A DNA stretch of 64,000 nt, taken from Macrostomum lignano (lineage: Eukaryota). The DNA lies in NCBI GenBank assembly GCA_002269645.1, contig NIVC01003969.1, positions 3,285 through 67,284 on the forward strand, given 5' to 3'. Below are positions 51,754 to 61,903 of the stretch, piece after piece. The notes under the pieces were generated by a model. It was not told the origin of the DNA. It saw only the letters and a list, made by a program, of their open reading frames with translations, and did not search any database. The translations under genes were made by a program, and so were the position numbers. The stretch's first letter is position 1, and each line of letters opens with the position of its first letter.

Positions 51754-52723
51754 AAACGATGACAACAAAAAAATTGACTTTTTTGGATAACCAAACGCAA
51801 ATCAAGAACGTTGTCTTCTGTTGTCCTTGATGCAAAAAATAAACCCATCATTTACTTGCTAACCGTTTGATTGAAGCCTAGCTTAACAGTTCGTCCAATT
51901 GAACTAGCAAAACGATTGTAATCGTCAAGATGTTGACGAATTGACTGCAAAATATGGAGTTTCTACCAGCGGAGACTCCTGCTTGCTTAATTATATTTAG
52001 ATTTTAACAATTAGCAAGCTATGCGCGAGTATTTCTATCCAATCCAACAGAGCTAATAGTGTCATTACATCGAGGCAAAACGCTTTTTTTCAGGCAGCCT
52101 CTGTCTTTGGTGGGCACCAGTGTATCTTGGTGGGCGCCCATTTCTGTAGGTTGGCGCCCCTTTTTTAGGTTGGCGCCCCTGTCTCTTGGTGGGCCCCTCT
52201 TTTCTCTTGGTGGGCGCCAGTGTCTCTTGGTGAGCGACCCTCTAAGTTCGCCACTTCAATGCAATCAGCTTGAACTTCAAGAAAGTCAAGAAAGTCAAGA
52301 AAGTCAAAGTCAAGAAAGCAAAAATTGACTCACTCTCACTCATATCTTTGATTGATAAAAATTCCCCTATGGCACTTGAAATATCGTGGCAGCAACATTA
52401 TATTATCACTCTCTGAATTAGTAAGGAATCTTAGCCCCTGACAGAGCAGTTCAGTGAGCAGTTTTTAATTGCATTTCGTTCCCACAGCCTTACAGGAAAA
52501 CTCTGCTTCAAAGTTACTGCATGGAAACATGTGATTGAAGTTGATGCAGCTTGTGGATGCGAAAAGTTGGACTGGTGAAGACTTGGCTGATTTTCTGATT
52601 TAATCAACAATTCAAAGCACGAGCAGTTTCATAGGCTGGCTTTAGGTTAGATTTGGCTTCCACAATATCTCTTCATCAAGAGATTACAAAATGGTTAATA
52701 AGGTATTTAGTTGTAAAAGAAAT

Positions 52724-52912
52724 CTGACTGACTGACTCACTGACTTAGTGAGTGGGTGACTGACTGACTTAGTGAGTGGGTGACTGACTGACTGACTGAC
52801 TGACTGACTGACTGACTGACTGACTGACTGACTGACTGACTGACTGACTGACTGACTGACTGACTGACTGACTGACTGACTGACTTAGTGAGTGGGTGAC
52901 TAGCTGACTGAC
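52724..52912. repeat. (GACT)n microsatellite
   Basis: Tetranucleotide run. Confidence 0.97.
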
Positions 52913-53427
52913 CGTAAGTAGGCAACGTTAATGAATTGGCTTCACAAGGTTTGATAACAGATTCATCTCTTCAAAATGTTATCAGTAGTGTAGATAATAT
53001 GACAATATGGTTTGCAAACAGCGATATTGCTAGACTGTAAAGTATTGCGTAGCGTTCAAGCGTAAATGCTGCAAATCAACAGAAAAAACCGGATGTTTGG
53101 GCAGCCCACACGAGGTTCAACGGTCTTTCCTTAGTCCTCAATATCGGAGCAGGTGGAAATATATTACTTTGGCAGAAAAAAGTTAATGAATAATGCATTT
53201 ATTCGCCCAAGGAGCTGCGTGTGCACTTTTTCACCCCCCTCTCTACCTCGTCACTGTGCGAACCCGGCAAACATCAAGCGGGAACCAAGAAGTTTTTTCG
53301 GTTCTCTCTCTCCCTCTCCTTCCTCTTCGCTTCAACGTATTGTAAACTGGCTATTGCGCCGCAGCCTCCAGCCCGCTTATCTTATCGGACCCGTTGCTCC
53401 TTAAATGCGCATTCCGATGGATAGAGA

Positions 53428-54705
53428 ATGAGGCCAGATCCGAAGAAATACCAGATTTTAGCTTGGCTGCTTAAAGCGGCTCTCGAGCACACTATGCCAG
53501 ATCTCGAGGGTGAAAACTGCAGCACCGGTTCGCTGGGAAACTGGACAACTCAGTTTTATCCTACGACTCAGTATCCTTTCAGTGAATCGTGGAACAAATT
53601 TCACTGGTGCGTCTTTGTTTGGCTGTTTCCGACGCTCTGCTTTGTTGGCGGCGTGATGAATTCGCTCTGCTTCTGGGTGATCCTGAGGCATCGCCGCCTG
53701 TTCCCGAGGGTCACTCGGCTGTTCATGCTCATCATTAGCCTGAACGATGCTCTCATCCTACTGCTGAAGGCACCGACGCATTATTTGACTTACATGTCGC
53801 AGCCGTTCGTAGCAAATGCCTGGGACTGGTTCGTCAATCCATTTTACGGCAGTCACGCTGGTTGCATTCTCTATGTGTTCGTCACCCACTATGCCCTGTT
53901 TGGTGCGCCTTTCTTTCAGCTGGGCCTCACTGTGGATCGCCTGGTAGCCGTGGCGACTCCGTTAAGAGCTCGGCGCATTATGACAGTGACAAAGACTGCA
54001 GCTCTGCTAGCTGCGGTGACCACTTTGGCCATGGTACTGCCGGTACTGCGCACGGCCACAACTAGCTGGAATGCAGACACTTCAGCCTGCATCGTTGGGG
54101 AGAACCAATACTATGAGTCAACCTATGTGAAGCTCGAACTGTTCTATGGCCGAGTGGCTCTGACTGTCTGCCTCATCTCTGGCTCGCTGGTGATTTGCAT
54201 CCTTCTCCGCCGGTCGGATGTTGCGGCAGCCGATGCTGCAGCTGAACTGGGTCAGGCCAACAACAGAACGGCCGCTGTGCGAAGATTCCGGACACTCACT
54301 CGTCTCAGCATTCTGTTGGGCCTTTTCAATGCAGCCTTTTTGATTTGCAATCTACCTTGGAGTTTGGCCGAAATGTTGCATCTAGTTGGCGCCCTCGACC
54401 AGATACCGTCGAACACTTACGAGCTTCTCTTGCGTCAATTGAACACTCTGATGTACTTTCAGTGCGTTCTAAACGTTCTGGTGTACTTTTCTGGCGGAAG
54501 CTTCAGACAGAAGTTCTCCGCTACCTACTCTCGCGGCTGTTGTCGGCAAATCTGTTGTTGCTGTCCTCAGCAGTCGGGCGCGATTGTCGAAGCAAACGTC
54601 TTCTCGTTCAGCGGGACCGTTAATCCCATGGCTGCCGCCGGTAGATATCAGAGAAATCGAGACTCCGGATTCAGAAACGTTCGCGACTCAACCAAGAACT
54701 GTTAA
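53428..54705 (+). CDS. Class A (rhodopsin-like) orphan GPCR, peptide-receptor-like, single exon, 425 aa
   Basis: Seven hydrophobic segments; TM1 GGVMNSL, TM2 ISLNDAL, TM3 C..LTVDRLVAVATPL, TM6 FLICNLPW, TM7 LNVLVY plus FRQKF helix 8; N-glycosylation sequons NCS and NWT. Confidence 0.92.
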   Translation: MRPDPKKYQILAWLLKAALEHTMPDLEGENCSTGSLGNWTTQFYPTTQYPFSESWNKFHWCVFVWLFPTLCFVGGVMNSLCFWVILRHRRLFPRVTRLFMLIISLNDALILLLKAPTHYLTYMSQPFVANAWDWFVNPFYGSHAGCILYVFVTHYALFGAPFFQLGLTVDRLVAVATPLRARRIMTVTKTAALLAAVTTLAMVLPVLRTATTSWNADTSACIVGENQYYESTYVKLELFYGRVALTVCLISGSLVICILLRRSDVAAADAAAELGQANNRTAAVRRFRTLTRLSILLGLFNAAFLICNLPWSLAEMLHLVGALDQIPSNTYELLLRQLNTLMYFQCVLNVLVYFSGGSFRQKFSATYSRGCCRQICCCCPQQSGAIVEANVFSFSGTVNPMAAAGRYQRNRDSGFRNVRDSTKNC

Positions 54706-55633
54706 AACTTGCACTTCAAGCCACTTCAAGCACCTTGATAGACGTGTCCTAAGCCACAAGTAAAATTATATGAAGTTTGTATTATTTCATTAAAATGTTT
54801 TTTAACTATACAGACATTCTGTTGTTTATTTTGTCAATCAGCTAGCTTCTCATCAGCTAAGTTTGTGTAATAGAAAAACTAATGTGTACATGGTTGATTG
54901 TTATAAAAACGTTATTGTTAGAATGACTTTGAATTCCATGAATGCGTGCGCATATAGGCCAGAGCAAGACTATGCAAGATTTCATACAACACGTATTTGA
55001 CTAGCTCTCTGATGTAGCTTGGAAGAGAATTTAGACCTTTAAAGGAATATTCATAATTTTTGTGTTTATACTTCCTGCCTGTATCCTGGATCTTGGTACT
55101 TCCTGGATGTTTGGTTCTTGTTTCAAATACCTACTGATACTGACTTTTTTGCGATATTTATTGATATAGGCTTCGCTCGTAAAGTCGAGAAGTCGAAAAG
55201 TTGCGTAGATAGTTCTGAACTTTGTCGGCGCTGCATCTTATGCTGGTGCTGCACTAGCTATAGCAGCAATCGTTCTCTACTTCGTTTCCGGGTTCCAAGC
55301 CAGCGCTGCATATATAAACAAAAGATGCAAACTATCTAACCTTCAAACGCGCCAATTCCTATAAAAATGCGTGTAGACATCATAAATGCGCATAAAGAGC
55401 GAACAATGTGTTTAAACTTAGCGACATCCGATATGGTTTAAGACGACGTTTTGGTCTGTATCGCATGACAAAACGCGAACAATGATAAAATGGCTTGGTT
55501 TCCTAAAAATACTACACCATTATTTTGATGACTTTGTTTAACGTATGCCACTTTGGATGCTACTTGTATATTAGGACAGTAAATTTTCTACCTTGCTAGT
55601 TCAACTGAAAGCGACATCTGAAGAATCACAACC

Positions 55634-56055
55634 ATGCATCATTGCATTCGGAAACTTGTGTATTTAGCTGCCGTCGCTACGTTTATTTGCTGTGTGGCTC
55701 TTCAAAGCTGTACAACGGTCAGATATCACAGGCTAAATCTGGAACCGTCAGAGACACTGACTAAATCCGATAACAAAGCGACGCATTCAGCAGTGAATAT
55801 TGGCGGATTTCACGCTCACTACCGACAGTTGCGAGAGGAAATCACTCGAAAATATTTGTACTGGTTTGATCGGCACAAACTCCTGCCAGTGATGCGGCTC
55901 AAGTCTGAGGAGGCCAACTTTCAACTACGAGTGAAAGCTGGTCTAGAGTGGATGCATCGGCAGGACCTGGTGGTGGCAATCACTGTTCGCGATGCAGCTC
56001 AAGGCCTGCCCGACTCGCTGGCGAACCTCGACCGTTTGAGAGCCCTGTTTAACAG
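55634..56055 (+). CDS. First coding exon of a type II membrane protein, possibly a GT-A glycosyltransferase
   Basis: N-terminal signal anchor, then DLVVAITVRDAAQGLPDSLANLDRLRALFNR resembling a GT-A first strand/helix. Probable donor CAG|GTTTGT at 56055/56056, the same donor as Spinster intron 2; composition becomes non-coding-like afterwards. Confidence 0.5.
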
Positions 56056-56410
56056 GTTTGTGAAGGGGCTGTCTTTTCAATGCCTTACAAAATATTATTT
56101 TTATCCTCGACTCCGCCTTCTTTTTCCATTCCTGGAGACTTCAATTTTATTAAAAACTAAATCTGGACTGCAGTATTACTAGTAGGACTCTGATTGCAGA
56201 AAGGGTTTTGGTCATGAGGTCACCATGGCACCCTGGCAATTCCGCTGGGTCCTGAGAACAGACAAACGCGCCAATACTGCATGTACGCAGGCACGCACTC
56301 GTACACACGCTCACACAGGGTGTACAGCAGTTCTGACTTTCTAACCGTCATGAATGTCCACTCTCTTTAGTAGAAGGCATGAGGGGGCTTTTGGGACAAA
56401 ATTTTTCACA

Positions 56411-56624
56411 TCCTCCATAATCCCATTAAATCCATCCATATTATCCCCGACAGAATCAGAAAAAAAGGGGGGTCGCACTCGCTCACAAAACGTCCTCCAT
56501 AATCCCATTAAATCCATCCATATTATCCCTGACAGAATCATGAAAAAGGGGAGGGGCCGCACTTGCTCCGAAAACTTCGAACATAATCCCATTAAATCCA
56601 TCCATATTATCCCTGACAGAATCA
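56411..56624. repeat. Three direct repeats of about 45 bp (about 82-87-bp period) near the Polinton left end
   Basis: CATAATCCCATTAAATCCATCCATATTATCCC(C/T)GACAGAATCA near 56411, 56493 and 56582. Confidence 0.9.
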
Positions 56625-56830
56625 GAGCAGGTGTCCACTGATACCCGTTATGCTCACTGACACTGACATAATCCACTGACATCCACCCATAGCATCTTCG
56701 AAACAATCAGAAAATAATCTGCATTCTTATCCCCACATTCGATTCGCAACATGAAACCAGATCCCAAAGACTTTAAATCATCAGCGCAGGGTCCTTACCC
56801 TTTGAAAAAAAAATTAAATTCTCAATAAAA

Positions 56831-57067
56831 ATGTTTCCAGTTGTCTCTCCAGGTTCCTATTATACTCAGCCTCATCCATTGTACAAATCCAAGTACCGAT
56901 GCAAACTTGAATGCAGCGAATACATGAGAAAATATTGGCCCAACGTTGATATCCATGTCCCTAATATTAATCTAGCTCTCCAAAGACACTGGTTTCATAA
57001 GTATGGAGTAGTCATTAACGATTACGACAGCTACTATAACTTTGCAGAAATCATTAGGCAATTGTGA
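56831..57067 (+). CDS. Small Tyr-rich hypothetical viral protein, 78 aa
   Basis: AAAAATG start context like the other element genes; it converges on the penton stop with a 4-bp gap. Confidence 0.5.
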   Translation: MFPVVSPGSYYTQPHPLYKSKYRCKLECSEYMRKYWPNVDIHVPNINLALQRHWFHKYGVVINDYDSYYNFAEIIRQL

Positions 57068-57071
57068 TTTC

Positions 57072-57935
57072 TTACATTCTCTCAATGATCAACGTCAATA
57101 CAAACTCTTCACCGTTGAAATCAACACCCATCCCATCTTCAGTCTCAAACTGTAGCACAATCTCGTGAATCTCCTTATTACTCAATACAACTCTTTTCAC
57201 TGGATTTGGTTTCTCTACCACCATCTGTCCTCCAGCAACAGAGTTGGAGATGTTGTACAAAATATTCGTTCGCTTTCCCTTAAATACCCAATCAAGACTG
57301 AGATTGCTTCTGATTAGAATATTCAAACCCTTTACAATGTCTGCAATATTGGGTGCTAAGAACAAACCGCTTACACTTTCCCGGACCATTCTAACAGTCC
57401 CCGATGCTTGAGTGGCGGTCCGCGCCGCGGATTCTGCCTTATAAACTTTCTTCTCGAATCCCAGTTCCCTATACCAAGTGTCATCTTTAAACTCAACCTC
57501 CGCATCTTTGTGAACTTGCATGACCACTCTCATTACAGTGAGATCATAGGTTAGTTTGACAGGGAACAGTTTCTTCTCTGGCTTACTCGCATCAGGTGTC
57601 TCAAAATGGCCTCTCTTAGTAAAGACATTTTCTAGAAAGTAATTGTAGGTATCCACACTTTGCGTGCTCACATGGAATACCACAGGGTCTGCTGCTGCAC
57701 CTTTCCATTTGTAATAAAACTTATTATTTGCTGCCATCACATTGGGAACGTTTGACCAACCAGTGAAGTCGTTAAGATAGACATGGTAATTAGCGCCTGG
57801 ATCCAGGCTAATCGCCTGCTCTAATTTTTGAACAAATATCCCGTTTGAGTCATTAATCCGCCCAGTTATTGTAATAGGAATGCTCTCCTTGGAGTGCGAA
57901 ATAATATTGTTTAGTCTTTCGGCTATAGCTTCCAT
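57072..57935 (-). CDS. Minor capsid protein (penton, single jelly roll), 287 aa from the AAAAAATG start
   Basis: ISLDPGANYHVYLNDFTGWSNVPNV..NNKFYY, ELGFEK, ADIVKGLNILIRSNL, NILYNI, VVEKPNP and EIVLQFETEDGMGVDFNGEEFVLTLIIE match the Polinton/adintovirus penton pattern. Intact ORF. Confidence 0.85.
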   Translation of the reverse strand: MEAIAERLNNIISHSKESIPITITGRINDSNGIFVQKLEQAISLDPGANYHVYLNDFTGWSNVPNVMAANNKFYYKWKGAAADPVVFHVSTQSVDTYNYFLENVFTKRGHFETPDASKPEKKLFPVKLTYDLTVMRVVMQVHKDAEVEFKDDTWYRELGFEKKVYKAESAARTATQASGTVRMVRESVSGLFLAPNIADIVKGLNILIRSNLSLDWVFKGKRTNILYNISNSVAGGQMVVEKPNPVKRVVLSNKEIHEIVLQFETEDGMGVDFNGEEFVLTLIIERM

Positions 57936-57959
57936 TTTTTTCACCCACAAAAAAAATAT

Positions 57960-59246
57960 TTAAACTTTACTGGATGAATTGTTGATCATGTTAAGCTTCA
58001 CCTTCCTCTCAAATGCATAGATAATGTACAGGTCCACGGGTGTTGCGACAGTCCTCTCAATGTTAGTCACGATATTCACAGGGCTGTTATCAGTAGGCAT
58101 TTGTCTGGCAGACACATCAGCGCCAAACATCGGATATAGAGTTCCATATTGAAGAGCAGTGATAGCAATTCCATTGTTCTCTTTCACAGCCAAGTCGACC
58201 AACTCGCTGTAAAATTTGCTAATCTTGTTCTGACTGAAATCTCCATTTTGTGGCAGTGCAGGGTAAAGATTATCACTGATTTCATGCTGAATGGACCGCA
58301 CGTCTCCATGCATGTAGCGTATAATGCTATTTGGGTTTCTCATATTAATAATGATATACCTTGGATTGCTGCATGATCCCTCTTTAATGCAGATATTTGT
58401 TCTAGTTTCGTTTCGCTCATCTCGACACATGTAGGCCGTGTATGCAACATCAATGTCCTTCTCTATTGCCTTAAGATAATCCGCTTTTAGTGCAGTCTTT
58501 GGCTCAATGACTTCCAAATACAGCTCGATTCCGGTTAGCTTCACCTCCATCCTAGTGTGGTCCGCCCCAGTCCACAACACTCTACTGCGATCATCTCTAG
58601 TCAGTCTAAATGTGTAGCTAAAGTTACTAGTCAGTCGATTAAATGTATTACAGAATCCACTCATGAATCTCAATGGTACAAATACATCAACAGACCGATA
58701 CTGCGGGTTCTTAGCAGCATCATCAGCACCTTGCAATGCATAGTTGTATCTCTTCTTCCTATTTTTATAGCCACTGTCATTGATATCTCCTTCTTTTTCG
58801 TCTGCAATAAAACCCGCACCACTTCCCAATTGAATAAAATCAGTATTCTCGATCAAACAATGAGCGTCATAGACAATTCCAAAGTTGGCGATTCGCTCCA
58901 ACTCAGTGCTCCCATTCGATACACTAAACTCCTTGAACATGTACGCCCAAAAGTTACTGATCAGAGCCACATCCGCATCATGCTTGTCAACGTTAGCACG
59001 AGCCGCATCCGCACCACCCTTTGTCTTGAATTGAAATGTCATATGGAAGCCGCTCCTTAGACTGTGGACACTGACCAAAGACGAACATCCATTGTATGTA
59101 AATGTCAGTGTTTGGCCAGGACCAAGATTAGTTTCATTCTGATTTTCCTGACTGGGAACTCTTACCTGAGTCGCTTTGATTGTGCTATCATCACTCAAAA
59201 TAGGCTTGTTAATTTTGTAGAAAACTGGTGTCAGTGGGTCGTTCAT
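57960..59246 (-). CDS. Major capsid protein (double jelly roll, Polinton PY / adintovirus hexon), 428 aa
   Basis: PILSDDST, NFWAYMF..ELERIANFG, DSGYKNR, VFVPLRFMSGFC, NPRYIII, NLYP, LYPMFGADVSARQ and IYAFERKV follow the Polinton MCP pattern. Intact ORF. Confidence 0.88.
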   Translation of the reverse strand: MNDPLTPVFYKINKPILSDDSTIKATQVRVPSQENQNETNLGPGQTLTFTYNGCSSLVSVHSLRSGFHMTFQFKTKGGADAARANVDKHDADVALISNFWAYMFKEFSVSNGSTELERIANFGIVYDAHCLIENTDFIQLGSGAGFIADEKEGDINDSGYKNRKKRYNYALQGADDAAKNPQYRSVDVFVPLRFMSGFCNTFNRLTSNFSYTFRLTRDDRSRVLWTGADHTRMEVKLTGIELYLEVIEPKTALKADYLKAIEKDIDVAYTAYMCRDERNETRTNICIKEGSCSNPRYIIINMRNPNSIIRYMHGDVRSIQHEISDNLYPALPQNGDFSQNKISKFYSELVDLAVKENNGIAITALQYGTLYPMFGADVSARQMPTDNSPVNIVTNIERTVATPVDLYIIYAFERKVKLNMINNSSSKV

Positions 59247-59276
59247 TTTTTAACTAAAAATAAAATAAAATAAGAA

Positions 59277-60454
59277 ATGAAGCGAAAAAGTACACAGCAG
59301 ATATCTGAATTGGAGAAGCTAGCACAAGCAGAGAAACGAGTTACCGGGCTAATAAATAAGGAGCAACAATCCTACAATGAGTTTGTCCAAGCAGCCACCG
59401 AATTTCACAAACCCGGATACACAGAAGCGAAGAAAAACCTCGACACTGTGAAGGAAGCAGTTGATGATATTCAAGAGAGCCACTTGCAAAACACATTGGG
59501 TAAAATCCCATCTTCACCAGGACAACCACAGGCTCAGGAACCAGGACAACCGGTGCAGATGAAAGTGACGGATAACTTTTTTGGCCCCGTAGTGGATGAT
59601 GGAAAATATATTTTTGGAATTAGCGCCTGGCGAAAAAATATTACCGGGGAACCGGCGGATTACAACATTGAAGTGACAAAGGAAAACATTTCAATCAATA
59701 AAGGCGCAAAAACTAAAAGAATCCAGTTCACTCAAACTTTACTTGATTACATGACTAAAAATCTAGAGAATACGTCTAAAAAGCAGCTCAAAAATTACAA
59801 AGATCTTGTTACCTTTGCTCTCGATAGGGATATAGATATGCTCAAGAACAACGGTGTTTTGAAAATTTTACATGAAAACGGGATTGTCTTGAACAGATTT
59901 AGAAAATACAAATACTTTAAACAATGGTTTGGTTTGCCGGATCAGGAAGAGGTCATAAGACAACAACCACAACAACAACAGCAACAACAGCAACCGCCAC
60001 AACAGCAGCCACATTTACAGAAGTACTCAGGCAACTGGAAAATGCAGATCCGACTCAAGTAGCTAAATATAAAAATGATCACCCAACAGACTGGCAACAC
60101 TTAGAACAACACTCTCCAGATCGAATGAACAGAATCAAGCAAAGAGTTTTCACACCTCAACAAAGACAGGCGCCACATGACAGTTCCATCTCTGAAAGTG
60201 AGCAGTCTTTTGGATCACCTCCCCAGCAGCCACAAGCCCAACCAACTCCACAACCCCAAGACCAACCACCCAAATCTGGAAAAGGAATAGCTGAAATCTA
60301 CAAGCGAGTAGCGGTTCTTCTAGGAGCGGCAAAGACCGGAATGAAAGACGAGTATAGAAAAGAATTTGTCAACATCCTGGACAAAATGCTTGAGAGAAAA
60401 TACATCGATAAGAGGGCGAGAGAGCTTCTGCTTTCGCGGTTCAACAAAAAATAA
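59277..60454 (+). pseudogene. PZ-like Polinton protein split by one frameshift (reconstructed 392 aa)
   Basis: Adding one C at CC 60009-60010 fuses the two ORFs (..QQQP|TFTEVLRQ..). The C-terminus IYKRVAVLLGAAKTGMKDEYRKEFVNILDKMLERKYI resembles the conserved Polinton L..RL.LL.a...AGN...E...I.d.L motif. Confidence 0.6.
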
Positions 60455-60470
60455 TTTATTTCAAGTAAAA

Positions 60471-60859
60471 ATGCCACTTATTTTCGAAAAAGACATTGAC
60501 AAATACTATGACAAAGAGGAACTTAATCTCATTAAACGCGGATCTGGACTTTTCCCTGCAGGCCACTATCCAAGAAAAGAACGCTCTGGGAATGGCCTTG
60601 CCGATTTGATCGCTCAGGGGGCTAAGATTTTTAAGGTCATTGGAGAGAACAAAGAGAACATCAAGAACGTTGCCGAAGCGGCTGGCAGTGTAGCCACAGC
60701 AGCCAAAAAGATTAAAGATACTGTAACACCTAAACAAGAGATTCAACCTCCACTGGCCCGCTGGCCCCGCTGGCCCCAAACCCAGACAGTGTGGACCCTG
60801 CAGTCTATGAGAAGATGAGAGCAAGCATTAAAAAAGGAAGTGGTTTCAAATTTGACTAA
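60471..60859 (+). pseudogene. Small putative virion core/membrane-active protein with G-x-G motifs, one frameshift (reconstructed 129 aa)
   Basis: MPLIFEK..IKRGSGLF..RSGNGLADLIAQGAKIFKVIG..; restoring a C in the first of three CTGGCCCCG units gives ..PLAPLAPLAPNPDSVDPAVYEKMRASIKKGSGFKFD*. Confidence 0.6.
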
Positions 60860-60899
60860 AGGTACTTTCCGAGGGTACAAGAAATGTAAAGGTACAAGA

Positions 60900-61047
60900 C
60901 TAGTCCCAAAATGACATACCTAAGTCCCAAAATGACACATCCAAGTCCCAAAATAACACATCTAAGTCCCAAAATGACACATCTAAGTCCCAAAATGACA
61001 CATCTAAGTCCCAAAATGACACATCCAAGTCCCAAAATGACACATCT
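60900..61047. repeat. Seven copies of a 21-bp unit (AAGTCCCAAAATGACACATCT) inside the Polinton
   Basis: GTCCC at 60903, 60924, 60945, 60966, 60987, 61008 and 61029. Confidence 0.95.
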
Positions 61048-61089
61048 TCTAAATTATTTATTATTAAAAAAATTTCATCATAGAAAAAA

Positions 61090-61887
61090 ATGGACTTTTC
61101 AAGCGACTTCAATCCTCACTGGACGCGTAATCAGATTAAGTTTTCGCATCACGAGTCAATCCCGAGTCACTTCAGATGCATTGTTGTTGGTTCATCAGGT
61201 TCAGGTAAAACATTCAGAGTCTTTAACATGCTTCTTAGACCTGGCTTTATCGACTATGACACTCTGCACATCTACTCTCCCACACTGTATCAAGATGAGT
61301 ATAAAATGCTGATTTCTGGATTGCAAAACAAACTGAACAAAGAGGACATTATTCAATGTTTTAAAAACCAACAAACCTTCCCAGTAACCCAGAAATTGTT
61401 GCTGCCGAATATGCAAAGCACCTCAAAGACAATAAAAAATGGCAGAACATTTAAGTGTTCACCTATGGAGATCCACAGGTGATCCAAAGACCAAACTTCT
61501 ACCCCAACCAGATGAGCTAGAAAAGGGAGAAAGCATTTGATCGTCTTTGATGATTGTATGACAGGCCCACATAAACAGATAGAGAAACTATTTTACAAGA
61601 GGGCGACATAACAATTGTAATGTAATTTACATTGCACAGAACTGGTTCGAGCTCCCAACAAAACAATTCGTGGGAACTGCAATCTGATTCTCCTGTTTCC
61701 AACCATTCCACAGGACAGGCTAAAAAGATTTTACAATGAGGTCATTGCGCCTGCCTATTTTATAAATCCAACAAAAAACTCAAACAGAAAGATTTCACAA
61801 GAGGAATTTGTTAACCTCTGCTGCGAAAAGTGGAACCAACCCTATCAGTTTGTCATGATCAACAAGGAAAAAAGAACTGTAATTTAA
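61090..61887 (+). pseudogene. A32/FtsK-like genome-packaging ATPase, disrupted (reconstructed about 266 aa)
   Basis: Walker A GSSGSGKT (61189-61212), Walker B LIVFDD (61537-61554), RGRHNNCNVIYIAQNWFELP and TIRGNCN in successive frames. Five single-base indels in runs (near 61381, 61473, 61526, 61597, 61662) and a TAA at 61452. Confidence 0.93.
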
Positions 61888-61903
61888 AATTTGCTATTAA
61901 AAG

